DNA of 64,000 nt from a virus. Below are positions 50,056 through 59,137 of the stretch, in pieces; positions within the stretch are counted from its first letter, which is position 1; every line of letters starts with the position of its first letter. Below the pieces are notes generated by a model, which made no database searches, was not told the origin of the DNA, and was given only the letters and a program-made list of their open reading frames with translations. The position numbers and the translations under genes are program-made. Location of the stretch: the IMG/VR virus record IMGVR_UViG_3300040770_000151. One strand, written 5' to 3'.

Positions 50056-50721
50056 TTAAAATAATTTAGTTTGTGACATATGATTGTTTATTCTTTGAAT
50101 AGAAGTATTAAAAAATTGTTTATTTAATTCACAACCAATAAAACTTCTATCTGTATTATAACATGCAATAGCTGTTGAACCAGAACCACTAAAACAATCC
50201 ATTACTAAATCATATTTATTTGTTGATTTTTCTATTAAGTATTCCATTAAATTAACTGGCTTTTGAGTTGGATGAAATTCGTTTCCTGTTTTTTTAGCTT
50301 TAATAATATTACTATCTCTGCCGCCCTTTAATTTTTTAGTTCCATTACTACAAAAAATAATCATTTCATATTTTGGCGCATAATCACCCTCTAAATCACC
50401 CATTCCCGTATTGTTTTTTTCCCATATTAATATATTTTTTACATTAAAATAATTTTCTATTTGACTTTTAAAAACTTCTACTTTGTGCCAACTGCAGAAA
50501 ATATATAAATGTGCGTCTTCTTTCATAACTCTTTTAATTTCCTTGATCCATTCTGATAACCAATTTAAATTATTATCATTTTCTATTTTTTCATGCTTAA
50601 ATTTTCTATGATTACTTTGAAAGTTCATTCCAAAAGGTGGGTCTGTTAATAATAAATCAATAGAATTATTATCTAAACGTTTCATTAGCTCCATATTACA
50701 TTCGTTTGTGATTTTTATCAT
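50056..50721 (-). CDS. N4/N6 DNA methyltransferase (beta class)
   Basis: TDPPF, HPTQKP, DCFSGSGST. Confidence 0.9.
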   Translation of the reverse strand: MIKITNECNMELMKRLDNNSIDLLLTDPPFGMNFQSNHRKFKHEKIENDNNLNWLSEWIKEIKRVMKEDAHLYIFCSWHKVEVFKSQIENYFNVKNILIWEKNNTGMGDLEGDYAPKYEMIIFCSNGTKKLKGGRDSNIIKAKKTGNEFHPTQKPVNLMEYLIEKSTNKYDLVMDCFSGSGSTAIACYNTDRSFIGCELNKQFFNTSIQRINNHMSQTKLF

Positions 50722-50857
50722 AATTTTTTATTTAAGGTTATTTTTTTTATTTATAATATTTCTATAGATATTATTTACATTCTCTTTATTTACCCCCATC
50801 GCTCTATAATATTCTAAAATAGCTATTATTCTTTCTAGTTTGCTTTTCATATTTTTA

Positions 50858-51241
50858 TTATTTATCTTTCATATAAGCGTGAATAAGTTTTTTTATATCT
50901 TCAAAATCCCATTTAAAAAAAGCGAAATACCCTTTTTTAATTAAATCATTTATTGATTTTTCTTGAGCCTGTAAATGTTCGTTTTTGTATAATTGACCAT
51001 TTTTTTTATACGGACTTTTTATCTTTAGTTCTATAAACAAACCATTCCATAATCTATTAGGCTCTAAAATCAACAAATCAGGGCATTTAAAACCGTTCTT
51101 TTGTATTTGCTTATTTCTGTATGCTTGTGATTCAGTTAGTTTAATGTTCCCAATTGTATCGCTTAAAAATAATACGTTTGGATATTCTTTCTCTAAAAAT
51201 CTGCAAACTGCTTTTTGTAAAATGTATTCTTGATGCTTCAT
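50858..51241 (-). CDS. VRR-NUC-like nuclease
   Basis: G.PDL..L...GLFIELK...Q. Confidence 0.75.
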   Translation of the reverse strand: MKHQEYILQKAVCRFLEKEYPNVLFLSDTIGNIKLTESQAYRNKQIQKNGFKCPDLLILEPNRLWNGLFIELKIKSPYKKNGQLYKNEHLQAQEKSINDLIKKGYFAFFKWDFEDIKKLIHAYMKDK

Positions 51242-51244
51242 AAT

Positions 51245-52129
51245 TTAAAATTTAGCTGGTGTTTTATTTTTTGGTAGTTTGTCAAAATTACCTTGTTCTA
51301 TTTCAAAAGGTAGCCAATCAGAATTAACATCGAAATGAATATCATTAAAAGGCATATTACGGCTGTATTCACATTTTGCGATGCTTAAATTATCTTCTTT
51401 TTCAATAAACACAACTGTCTCGGCTTTTTTTAATACTGATGATCCTAAGTGACCTACAGGCTTTGAAGTTCCAAAATTCTTATGAAGTATACCAGTTATG
51501 TGCATGTCACCACGTGCAGTCCATTGCAATAGCTTTTCGGTTAGTCCTGATGACTGCTCTAAGCTATTAAAGTCTGTTACTAAATCTACAAAACCATCAA
51601 TTGAAAGCAAACCAATTTTGTTTTTATATTCACTTTCATTTATGATATAATCAATAAATTGTAAACGTTCTTTTGGTTCGTACGCTCTGAGTGCAAACGT
51701 CTTGTAATTGTGGTAAATATCGCTTTCAACCATTTCCATAACTCGACGTTGTACTCTTTGAGTATGAAATTTTGACTGTTCCGTATCAAATGATATAACA
51801 TACTTTTCTTGCGTGTCGTGTCCTTTAAAACTAGGGCAAAATTTATTTGCATTACCTCCTAAATAACTCGCTTCAATCATTGATTTAAAGAAAGTCTTTC
51901 TACTTTTTGATGCTCCTACTATACAAGAAAAGTCGCCATAAGAACCAAAAGCAATTGGATAATTTTTCCCTTTGTATTCGCTTGTTCCGATGCTAATTGC
52001 TACTGGTTGCGGTTTCATTTCCTCAGATGGATCTATATAACTATCAATCAACATCTTTGAAAAATCAACCGTAACTATCTCATGCGTTCCTGTTGTTTTT
52101 AATTGGTCTAATTCGTTTAAGTCTAGCAT
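51245..52129 (-). CDS. AAA/RecA-like helicase
   Basis: GASKSRKT, FDTEQS, IDG, ILH...GHLGS. Confidence 0.75.
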   Translation of the reverse strand: MLDLNELDQLKTTGTHEIVTVDFSKMLIDSYIDPSEEMKPQPVAISIGTSEYKGKNYPIAFGSYGDFSCIVGASKSRKTFFKSMIEASYLGGNANKFCPSFKGHDTQEKYVISFDTEQSKFHTQRVQRRVMEMVESDIYHNYKTFALRAYEPKERLQFIDYIINESEYKNKIGLLSIDGFVDLVTDFNSLEQSSGLTEKLLQWTARGDMHITGILHKNFGTSKPVGHLGSSVLKKAETVVFIEKEDNLSIAKCEYSRNMPFNDIHFDVNSDWLPFEIEQGNFDKLPKNKTPAKF

Positions 52130-52509
52130 AACAATAACTCCTCTCCTGTTAATGCAAAGTATAGGTTTTGCAGTTGATGCATTGACTTTAATTCTAAATC
52201 TCCTTTAAAAAATTTACCTGATTGATCTGTAGTTTTCCAAAAAGTAAAAGTTAAATCAGAATTAAAGATTCCATTGACAACATATCCATATCTTTTACCA
52301 GCTGAATTTTCATTGATTACATAAAATCCTATTTTTTTTAACAATTCTTCACTTAGCGGTATTGGTTCACATTCTTTTAATTCAGTTGTACCACAATGCC
52401 AATTTTCTATAAAAAATTCCTCTCCGTAAAATTTATCAATACAACCTAAAGTGCTATCTTCTGAATGTTGAATATAATTACCAATTCTTAATTCTTTAAT
52501 ATTTATCAT
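52123..52509 (-). CDS. Hypothetical phage protein (related to 26095)
   Basis: ELRIGNY...HQLQNLYFALTGEEL. Confidence 0.7.
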   Translation of the reverse strand: MINIKELRIGNYIQHSEDSTLGCIDKFYGEEFFIENWHCGTTELKECEPIPLSEELLKKIGFYVINENSAGKRYGYVVNGIFNSDLTFTFWKTTDQSGKFFKGDLELKSMHQLQNLYFALTGEELLLC

Positions 52510-52520
52510 AATTTTATTTT

Positions 52521-53036
52521 TTAAATATAGTTATCAGTTTGTTGTAAAAATTCGTTTGCGGTATTATAAAATGATTTACTTACATTCTCATAAGTCCAAT
52601 TCGTTTGCATCTTTTCGATTATTTCCTTTTGGTTTTCTTTTAGGATTTTATCGTTTGTTTCTTGCTTTTCTTTGCTGTGGTCTAAGTGGTCTAAATTCAA
52701 CCCTAAACTTTTTAAATAATTGTCTATTCCTTTTTGGTTTAGATTATTTTTAAACATTTGTAAATGATAATTTAAAGGCTCTTTGAGTATATCAGCAACT
52801 ATTTTAATTGATGCTTTAATGTCTCCATTATGATGTACATTTCGGTCTAAAACATAAACTAATAATTTCGCAAAGAGTAAATTATCATTAACATTCGATT
52901 TTGACGCATTTTCAATAGCTAGGTTTAAAGTTTTTATAGCTTCTATATCATTATCCCACAACTTACCGTTTTGTTCTTTAAATCTCTTATAAACGCTAAA
53001 CACTCTTTTTAATGCGTTTTGGTTAGTCCATGACAT
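52521..53036 (-). CDS. Hypothetical protein
   Basis: ORF track. Confidence 0.6.
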   Translation of the reverse strand: MSWTNQNALKRVFSVYKRFKEQNGKLWDNDIEAIKTLNLAIENASKSNVNDNLLFAKLLVYVLDRNVHHNGDIKASIKIVADILKEPLNYHLQMFKNNLNQKGIDNYLKSLGLNLDHLDHSKEKQETNDKILKENQKEIIEKMQTNWTYENVSKSFYNTANEFLQQTDNYI

Positions 53037-53053
53037 AATTTTAATTTTTAAGT

Positions 53054-53779
53054 TTATAATCTATCGTTTTTAATTTGTGGTTTAACTATTGTTTCTTTAA
53101 AATCGAAATACATTGCAAACTTATCGGGTCTGCTTATAAATTCTAAAGTTAAATTTTTATGACCGTTGCTTTTGTGAAATTCTGAATTATAACAATTGGT
53201 TATTGCGTTTACAATGTCGTTCTTGGTATATCCATCTTTTAGCCTTGCAAGAAATTGTTTTTTAGTCTTATCGTCTACAACCTTTGCTTTTTTTCCTGTT
53301 ATTTCGTTGAATTGATTTAAAAGTCCCTCCCAATTCACCGTAGGTATTTTTTCTTGTTCTTCTTCTTGTTCTTCTTCTTCTTCTTCTTCTTCTTCTTCTT
53401 GCGATACAGTATCAATACTGCTTATATACTCTATCAGTACTTTATTTTTAATCTCTTTAAGCTCTGATTCTATGCACTTTACTACTTTTGGAGACGTTGA
53501 GTAATTAAATTTTTTCCAATTCTTAATTGCGACCTCATTTGTAGTATCTGAATACTGAATTTTGCCTATTTTTATAAAGTATTGTAAGTGTTTAGATACT
53601 GTATCTATACTGCATCCTAAATCAAAAGATATTTGCCTTTTAGATATTTCATAAATACCGCATTGCTTTGTTCTTTCATTGGTCAATAAGTACAAATAAA
53701 AAAGTTTTCTATCGTTTGATAGTTCAGAAGTAAAAGTATCGCTCCAGAAAGTAACGTGTATTTTTCTAAATATCGCCAC
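53054..53779 (-). CDS. Replication initiator (DnaD-like N-terminus, poly-Glu linker)
   Basis: FWSD...LFYLYLLTN...CGIY; C-terminal LEFISRPDKF. Confidence 0.75.
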   Translation of the reverse strand: MAIFRKIHVTFWSDTFTSELSNDRKLFYLYLLTNERTKQCGIYEISKRQISFDLGCSIDTVSKHLQYFIKIGKIQYSDTTNEVAIKNWKKFNYSTSPKVVKCIESELKEIKNKVLIEYISSIDTVSQEEEEEEEEEEQEEEQEKIPTVNWEGLLNQFNEITGKKAKVVDDKTKKQFLARLKDGYTKNDIVNAITNCYNSEFHKSNGHKNLTLEFISRPDKFAMYFDFKETIVKPQIKNDRL

Positions 53780-54017
53780 AACTACCTCCTTCCTCGTCTT
53801 CTATAAATCTACCGCAAATTTGTAGGTGTTTGTGATATGGATTTAAGTATAAAAACTTGCAAGTTTCTTCATCAAAGAAAATTGTTCTAGGCTTTTTAAA
53901 CTTAATAAATGATTCTACTTGCTTTGAAGTTACAAGTATCTGATAAGCTACATAATCAAATCTAGGTAACTTTTTAACTCTTTCGAGAGTTTCTTTTGAA
54001 ATGGTTTTTTCTTCCAT
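53766..54017 (-). CDS. Hypothetical protein (paralog 17073)
   Basis: Near-identical. Confidence 0.7.
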   Translation of the reverse strand: MEEKTISKETLERVKKLPRFDYVAYQILVTSKQVESFIKFKKPRTIFFDEETCKFLYLNPYHKHLQICGRFIEDEEGGSCGDI

Positions 54018-54183
54018 AATTTTAAAATAAAAAATCCTATCGGTTTGAAGGTTGCAGCTTCTCCCCGATAGGATAATGAAAAATTTCTTTATTTGTAAAA
54101 AGCCTGCAACGAATTTTACTTTAGCAAATATAAAACAAAAAAAAACAATTAGCTACTATTTTTCACTAATTGTTTTTAAAAAT

Positions 54184-54450
54184 TTATAGTCTTTTAAATT
54201 CTATTTCATTGTTTAATTTTTTATACATTGTTTTTTTACAGAAATTATTTTGATTCAAACATTCTTTAACACTTTCATAAATAAACCCATCTGATAGCCT
54301 AATTACTTTTATTTTAAATCTATTCTCTGGAATGTTTAGCCTTTGATTGAAATATAAGTTATCTTCCTTAGTCCATACTGATTTATCCCATAAATAACAG
54401 TCTGGGTATTTAATCATTTTTTCACGTATTATGTTAGGTTTTGGCTTCAT
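54184..54450 (-). CDS. NUMOD1-like protein (paralog 21395)
   Basis: Similarity. Confidence 0.6.
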   Translation of the reverse strand: MKPKPNIIREKMIKYPDCYLWDKSVWTKEDNLYFNQRLNIPENRFKIKVIRLSDGFIYESVKECLNQNNFCKKTMYKKLNNEIEFKRL

Positions 54451-54650
54451 CTTTTAGTAAAATATCTTCTTATAAAATAACCTCTTAAAATACTAGATAC
54501 AAAAAACACAAATGTTATAATTAAATTCTGTTTAAAGGTAACAGGAATATCCATTAAAGGGTACAGAATTAATTGAATTAATATCGATGTCACTAAGCCT
54601 ATTAACGTTTGTGTTATCGATTCGAGTAACGAGAGTTTTTTTGATTGCAT
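54447..54650 (-). CDS. Small two-TM phage membrane protein
   Basis: QSKK.SLLES...QNL.IT..F...S..RGY..RR. Confidence 0.65.
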   Translation of the reverse strand: MQSKKLSLLESITQTLIGLVTSILIQLILYPLMDIPVTFKQNLIITFVFFVSSILRGYFIRRYFTKR

Positions 54651-54668
54651 AATTATTTTTTTTATGAA

Positions 54669-55085
54669 TTATTTTCCGCTTGATCCATAACCGCCTAAAG
54701 CTCTTTCGCTATCTGATAATTCATCAGTTAGTTCAAACTCGATTTGTGGGTAAGGTAAAATTAATATTTGCGCAGCACGGTTACCAACTTTATATTTTTG
54801 AGAAGAAGTCCCAATCATTACCGCTGATAATTCGCCACGATAACCGCTGTCAATAACTCCAACGCAATTAGACAAAATTTGTCTTTGTTTGTAACAACTT
54901 GAACGAGGAAATATTAAGCCAACATAACCGAAAGGAATTTCAATTGCTATTCCGAAATTATACTTTATGTGTTCATTATCTAGTATTCCAGTACTTACTA
55001 CTGTCAAATCCATTCCAGCGTCTCCATTTTTAGCATAAATTGGTATTACTGCGTTTTCGTGTAACTTCTTAATTTTTATTTTCAT
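54669..55085 (-). CDS. dut: dUTPase (trimeric)
   Basis: AGMDL, PRSS, GVIDSGYRGE, RAAQ, R..GGYGSSG. Confidence 0.92.
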   Translation of the reverse strand: MKIKIKKLHENAVIPIYAKNGDAGMDLTVVSTGILDNEHIKYNFGIAIEIPFGYVGLIFPRSSCYKQRQILSNCVGVIDSGYRGELSAVMIGTSSQKYKVGNRAAQILILPYPQIEFELTDELSDSERALGGYGSSGK

Positions 55086-55434
55086 ATTCTTTTTTATAAA
55101 GTTCTAATAAGTAAATTGTTTTGTCAATATCTTCAATAAAATTAGCTTTTTTTCTGCAACGCATAACACGTTTAATAATATCAAATTCGTACGTATTAAG
55201 CTGTTTATCTTCGCAAAACTGGTAAAGCGATCCTTTGCTATTGTCGTAGTTTTTTTGAGTCGTTAAATCGGGTTCTTTATCATTCCATTCTGCCCAAAAA
55301 TCAATACCTTCTTTTGTGTCTCCCCAAACAAAAGCCTTTTCTAAAGAATTTGTATCTTTGTCGCTTGTAACTGATTTTCTCTGATACTCTAACGCCTTTT
55401 CTTTTATTTCCTGTGGTAATTCGCTTATTTTCAT
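55069..55434 (-). CDS. MKISELP module fused to DUF3310-like domain
   Basis: IIKR..R.RKK....EDIDK..Y C-terminal pattern. Confidence 0.5.
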   Translation of the reverse strand: MKISELPQEIKEKALEYQRKSVTSDKDTNSLEKAFVWGDTKEGIDFWAEWNDKEPDLTTQKNYDNSKGSLYQFCEDKQLNTYEFDIIKRVMRCRKKANFIEDIDKTIYLLELYKKEYENKN

Positions 55435-55649
55435 AAATAATTCATTTTAGATTGTAAAGTTATTTCTTGAATTTTTCCAATAAAGTATAAATGTTGGTGT
55501 AATAAATCTTCCTGGTACTTGTCTAAATATAAAGCGTAATTGTTAATTCGCTTTACTTTTGTAGGTATGATTTTAATGCTTTTTATACATCTAGAAATTT
55601 CGTTATACATCATATCGCATTCTATAGCAATTTGCATTAAAGACTTCAT
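55431..55649 (-). CDS. Hypothetical protein
   Basis: ORF track. Confidence 0.55.
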   Translation of the reverse strand: MKSLMQIAIECDMMYNEISRCIKSIKIIPTKVKRINNYALYLDKYQEDLLHQHLYFIGKIQEITLQSKMNYL

Positions 55650-55752
55650 AACGCTAACATTTTAGCTATTTTAATAATAAATTGTTCTATTTTGTTTCTC
55701 ATAATTTTTTATTTAAACCGTCCTAAATTTTAGGACGGTTGGTTTTTTGTTT

Positions 55753-56085
55753 TTAAAAAGGAATATCAGATTCTTCTTCTTCTGAAACAGGTGTGGCATT
55801 AAATACCGTTTCTTTTTGATCCCATATAGTAGTAACTCCTTCGCCTATAAAAATAGTCTCTGCTTTCGCTTCTCTTTCTTCTTTAGTTTGTATTACGCTT
55901 GCAAAATGTGATTTCTGTAATTTATAACCGCTACCCTCGTGTATTATTTTAGGCTCTTTTACTTCTACAAGTTCAAATCTGACTTCTTGGACTTTCATTT
56001 TAATCCCTTCTTTTGAATCGAACTCTCTTTTTGTTACTAGATTACGTAATTTAGTAGCGTCTAATGTGATTGTTATTTTTGACAT
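55753..56085 (-). CDS. Probable SSB
   Basis: Acidic EESDIPF tail. Confidence 0.6.
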   Translation of the reverse strand: MSKITITLDATKLRNLVTKREFDSKEGIKMKVQEVRFELVEVKEPKIIHEGSGYKLQKSHFASVIQTKEEREAKAETIFIGEGVTTIWDQKETVFNATPVSEEEESDIPF

Positions 56086-56087
56086 AT

Positions 56088-56738
56088 TTAAAATTTTAAT
56101 TTGTTTAATTCAATTGTTATTTGTTCTTTTAATAATTCCCCTTCTTTTTTAGCTATTTCAACCCACTCATTGACAGTTTTTATAATTGGTTTGGCTTTTG
56201 TTCCTAAATTAATTAAGCTTTCTCTAGTAAGCTCTTTTACAAAAATAGGTTTATAAATGTTTTCGGGTCTGTAGCTACAAAAATAATGTTTTTGTAATTT
56301 AGGGTTTATCGTAAAATAGTGTAAACATTGGTGTATATTGTCGTTTGGAATATCATTTGCTCGAATAGTAGATAAATGTTTTTTTTTTGCAAAACATTTT
56401 ATTTCTGCTGATATTGTTTCATCTTCACTTATTCCATCTGGAGAAATGCCTAAGTATTCGTTTTCTTCGCATTGCAACCAACCAACCTCTAAAAGTTCAA
56501 TGCCTAAATATGCGCTTAATGCTTTTCTTGCTTCTGGCTCTAATTCTGAACCTCTTACCATATCATAAGATTGATAATTTTCTTGTAAGTCAAATTCTTC
56601 GCATAGTTCGCTTAAAACATCTTCTAATAAAGTATCTGATTTTACAAATAAACCTTTTGATAAAGTACCACCTATTTTCCCATATCTTACTTCGTGCCAT
56701 TCCTCAGAATGTTGTTCAATATCATTTCTAATTATCAT
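56088..56738 (-). CDS. YqaJ/lambda-exonuclease family nuclease
   Basis: QHSEEW..VR.GKIG, RG.ELEP.AR, GISPDG, EIKC. Confidence 0.88.
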   Translation of the reverse strand: MIIRNDIEQHSEEWHEVRYGKIGGTLSKGLFVKSDTLLEDVLSELCEEFDLQENYQSYDMVRGSELEPEARKALSAYLGIELLEVGWLQCEENEYLGISPDGISEDETISAEIKCFAKKKHLSTIRANDIPNDNIHQCLHYFTINPKLQKHYFCSYRPENIYKPIFVKELTRESLINLGTKAKPIIKTVNEWVEIAKKEGELLKEQITIELNKLKF

Positions 56739-57268
56739 TTTAAAGTAGTTTTAAGTTTTTCTTTTAAAGCAATTACAGTTGGTAAATGCTGTTCGGAAGG
56801 AGTTAATATTTTCCAAGCTATTTGTAAAGCTTCTAAAGAAGTACACATGTTTAAAGCAGAAATTGCAGTAACATCTGAAATAACTTTTTTAACAACAGGC
56901 TTAACTTTTATACCTCCTGTTACTTTACCCATCATTTTAACGCTAGGATCAAAAAACAAATCTATTTTAATACCTTTCCATTTAGGTAATTTTCTACTTT
57001 CTGCTGAACTGCAATTTAATTCTTGCTTTACAATTTCATTTATTATTTTTCTATTTCCACTATTAGCAACCATATCTTTAACAGGCTCTATAAATGAAAT
57101 AAAATAACCATCTGTTTTATTTCCAGAAACATCTACGCCTCTATCATAATAGGCTTCCTTAATTGTTAAAATACAATTTCCTTTTTCCTCCACAATTGCA
57201 TCTACATCAATCCCCGCTAAATGCGTTGACTTTCTGTATTTCATACTATCAATATCTAACTCTCTCAT
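56735..57268 (-). CDS. Hypothetical protein, possible ssDNA-annealing partner
   Basis: Adjacent to exonuclease; same slot as the RecT-like gene in unit A. Confidence 0.4.
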   Translation of the reverse strand: MRELDIDSMKYRKSTHLAGIDVDAIVEEKGNCILTIKEAYYDRGVDVSGNKTDGYFISFIEPVKDMVANSGNRKIINEIVKQELNCSSAESRKLPKWKGIKIDLFFDPSVKMMGKVTGGIKVKPVVKKVISDVTAISALNMCTSLEALQIAWKILTPSEQHLPTVIALKEKLKTTLK

Positions 57269-57274
57269 AATTTT

Positions 57275-57523
57275 CTATTTTAATTTTTCTATTAATCTTC
57301 TAACTTTTCCAGCTAAACCACTATCAACTGATTCTAAACAATAAAGTATATGGTTTGCTTCTTCTATAATATTTCTTTGCATTTCGTTAAATACTTCAAC
57401 ATAACCGTTGTCGTATGCTTCTGTTAAATTTATAATAGTTTCTACTATTTCAGCATCTACTTCAATCTCGTTTGCAGGATGCATACTGTTGTTCGTTCCT
57501 AAATAATTGTCGTCGTAATTCAT
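57275..57523 (-). CDS. First leftward early gene (paralog 25107)
   Basis: N-terminal similarity. Confidence 0.7.
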   Translation of the reverse strand: MNYDDNYLGTNNSMHPANEIEVDAEIVETIINLTEAYDNGYVEVFNEMQRNIIEEANHILYCLESVDSGLAGKVRRLIEKLK

Positions 57524-57549
57524 AATAATTTTTATTTAAATGATTAATA

Positions 57550-57645
57550 TTTTTTACAAAGATACATTTGTTTTTGACAAATCAATGTTAAAATTATGTT
57601 AAAAAGGAAAAGTAATGTATAAAAGCGCTATCTTTGACAAAAAAT
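57550..57645. promoter_or_regulatory. Divergent promoter pair, unit B
   Basis: TATCTTTG at 57557-57564 (minus) and 57629-57636 (plus). Confidence 0.75.
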
Positions 57646-57658
57646 AAATCACAACAAT

Positions 57659-57952
57659 ATGAACAAAGCATTTACAAAATCAAAAGAAATAGTATTAGAT
57701 GAAAATTACAAAATTATTCCTGATACTGACAATGGTGTTGTTTTAGTTTTTAAAACAAGTAGAGTTAATAAAAAAGATGAAACAGTACCGCACGAGGAAT
57801 TGTTTTATTACCCTAGAATTTCACAAGCACTAAAGCATTATGCAGATAAAACAATTAATAATTCTGAGAGTTTAGATGATTGTATTTATAAATCAGAATC
57901 AGTTTATAATTTGATAAAAAGATTAGACCAACAATTTAAACAATTTAATTAG
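57659..57952 (+). CDS. First rightward early gene (paralog 25496)
   Basis: Similarity. Confidence 0.75.
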   Translation: MNKAFTKSKEIVLDENYKIIPDTDNGVVLVFKTSRVNKKDETVPHEELFYYPRISQALKHYADKTINNSESLDDCIYKSESVYNLIKRLDQQFKQFN

Positions 57953-57957
57953 TAAAT

Positions 57958-58137
57958 ATGAAAACCAAGAAACACAAAATAGTAAATGGTAAATGGCAAA
58001 TTAAAAACATTTACGACGCTTTACAAGCTAGTTTATTTGATATTTATATAAATACCCATCGTGAATTAGAAACGCCTGCATTAAGGTCTAAAATAACGAA
58101 AGAATACAACTATAAATTTAATTTTACAAACAGATGA
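57958..58137 (+). CDS. Hypothetical protein (59 aa; paralog 25898)
   Basis: Manual ORF MKTKKHKIVNGKWQIKNIYDALQAS. Confidence 0.65.
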   Translation: MKTKKHKIVNGKWQIKNIYDALQASLFDIYINTHRELETPALRSKITKEYNYKFNFTNR

Positions 58138-58421
58138 AAAATTTAAAAATAAAAGAAATTAATTTTTTAAAAGGAGAAGAAAGAGGTTTGACAAAAAATT
58201 ACCCTTCAAACGGTTTTTTTATTTCAAGGTTCGAAAACGGAACTAGCGACTTTATTCTTGTTGACAAGAATGCTGAGCGTGTTATTTTTCTTTGTCCAGA
58301 AGAAATATTTAATTCAATTTCTGAATACGAAGAAGAAACAATAATTTCAGAACCTAATACCGATACCTATAAAGGTGATTTTATTCTTGAATTTGCTAGA
58401 ATTTTATTAAACAGAAAATAA
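58134..58421 (+). CDS. Hypothetical protein
   Basis: Occupies the slot of 26095 in unit A but is unrelated. Confidence 0.6.
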   Translation: MKNLKIKEINFLKGEERGLTKNYPSNGFFISRFENGTSDFILVDKNAERVIFLCPEEIFNSISEYEEETIISEPNTDTYKGDFILEFARILLNRK

Positions 58422-58435
58422 CTAAAAATAAAACA

Positions 58436-58684
58436 ATGATAACAGAACAACTAATACCACTTTTGAAGAATAAAAGAGAAAATTTAAAAGGAACAACACT
58501 ACCAACGGTTAAACTTTGGGAATCTGGTACACGTTCGCCATTATTAAAAAACGTTGACCAAATATGTAAAGCAAACGATTTAAAAGTTTTGGTTTATGAT
58601 GGTAACTTAGATACTTTGATAAATTTTGCGCATAAAGTCGCTAAAGAACAAGGTATGAAAATGATTCTTAATTTTGAGGCTTAA
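58436..58684 (+). CDS. XRE-like HTH regulator (paralog 26481)
   Basis: Near-identical; stop codon lies in TAAC of site B1. Confidence 0.7.
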   Translation: MITEQLIPLLKNKRENLKGTTLPTVKLWESGTRSPLLKNVDQICKANDLKVLVYDGNLDTLINFAHKVAKEQGMKMILNFEA

Positions 58685-58786
58685 CGTCCTGCAGCTACAC
58701 GATGCTAGTCTAAGTGCTTAGTAGATTCGGCTGCTGAATTATGTTATGTGTTATAAGTAGTACGGGTAATTAAAAAAAATGTAATT

Positions 58787-58963
58787 ATGAAAGAAAAATT
58801 TAAAAGTTATTTAGAAAGATTAAAGTCTTTTAATAAAGCGGAAAATTATAATTATACAGATGACGATTTTGATAAGTATAAAGATTATATTAGAGATTGT
58901 TGGCTAAGTAATTTAAGCGTACATAAATGCCTTGAATTTATGTATTTTGAAACGGAATCGTAG
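58787..58963 (+). CDS. Cassette ORF B1 (58 aa)
   Basis: Manual ORF MKEKFKSYLERLK...FMYFETES. Confidence 0.65.
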   Translation: MKEKFKSYLERLKSFNKAENYNYTDDDFDKYKDYIRDCWLSNLSVHKCLEFMYFETES

Positions 58964-59137
58964 TATTACTTATAATGGATCAGTGATATGAGAGGATTTT
59001 CGGAACGGAAATCACGAATATTTACTGCCAAAACTAATATTACCCAGTACAAAACAATAAATCAATAATCACAAATGCCGAAAATCGCTCATATCACTTG
59101 TTACTGGCTGTGCTTTTTCGGCTCAAAAAATTAAAAA

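Noticed and set aside
53345-53402. (TCT)n microsatellite as a phase-variation tract
   Set aside because: A triplet repeat encoding a poly-Glu linker keeps the frame; such linkers are common in phage initiators.
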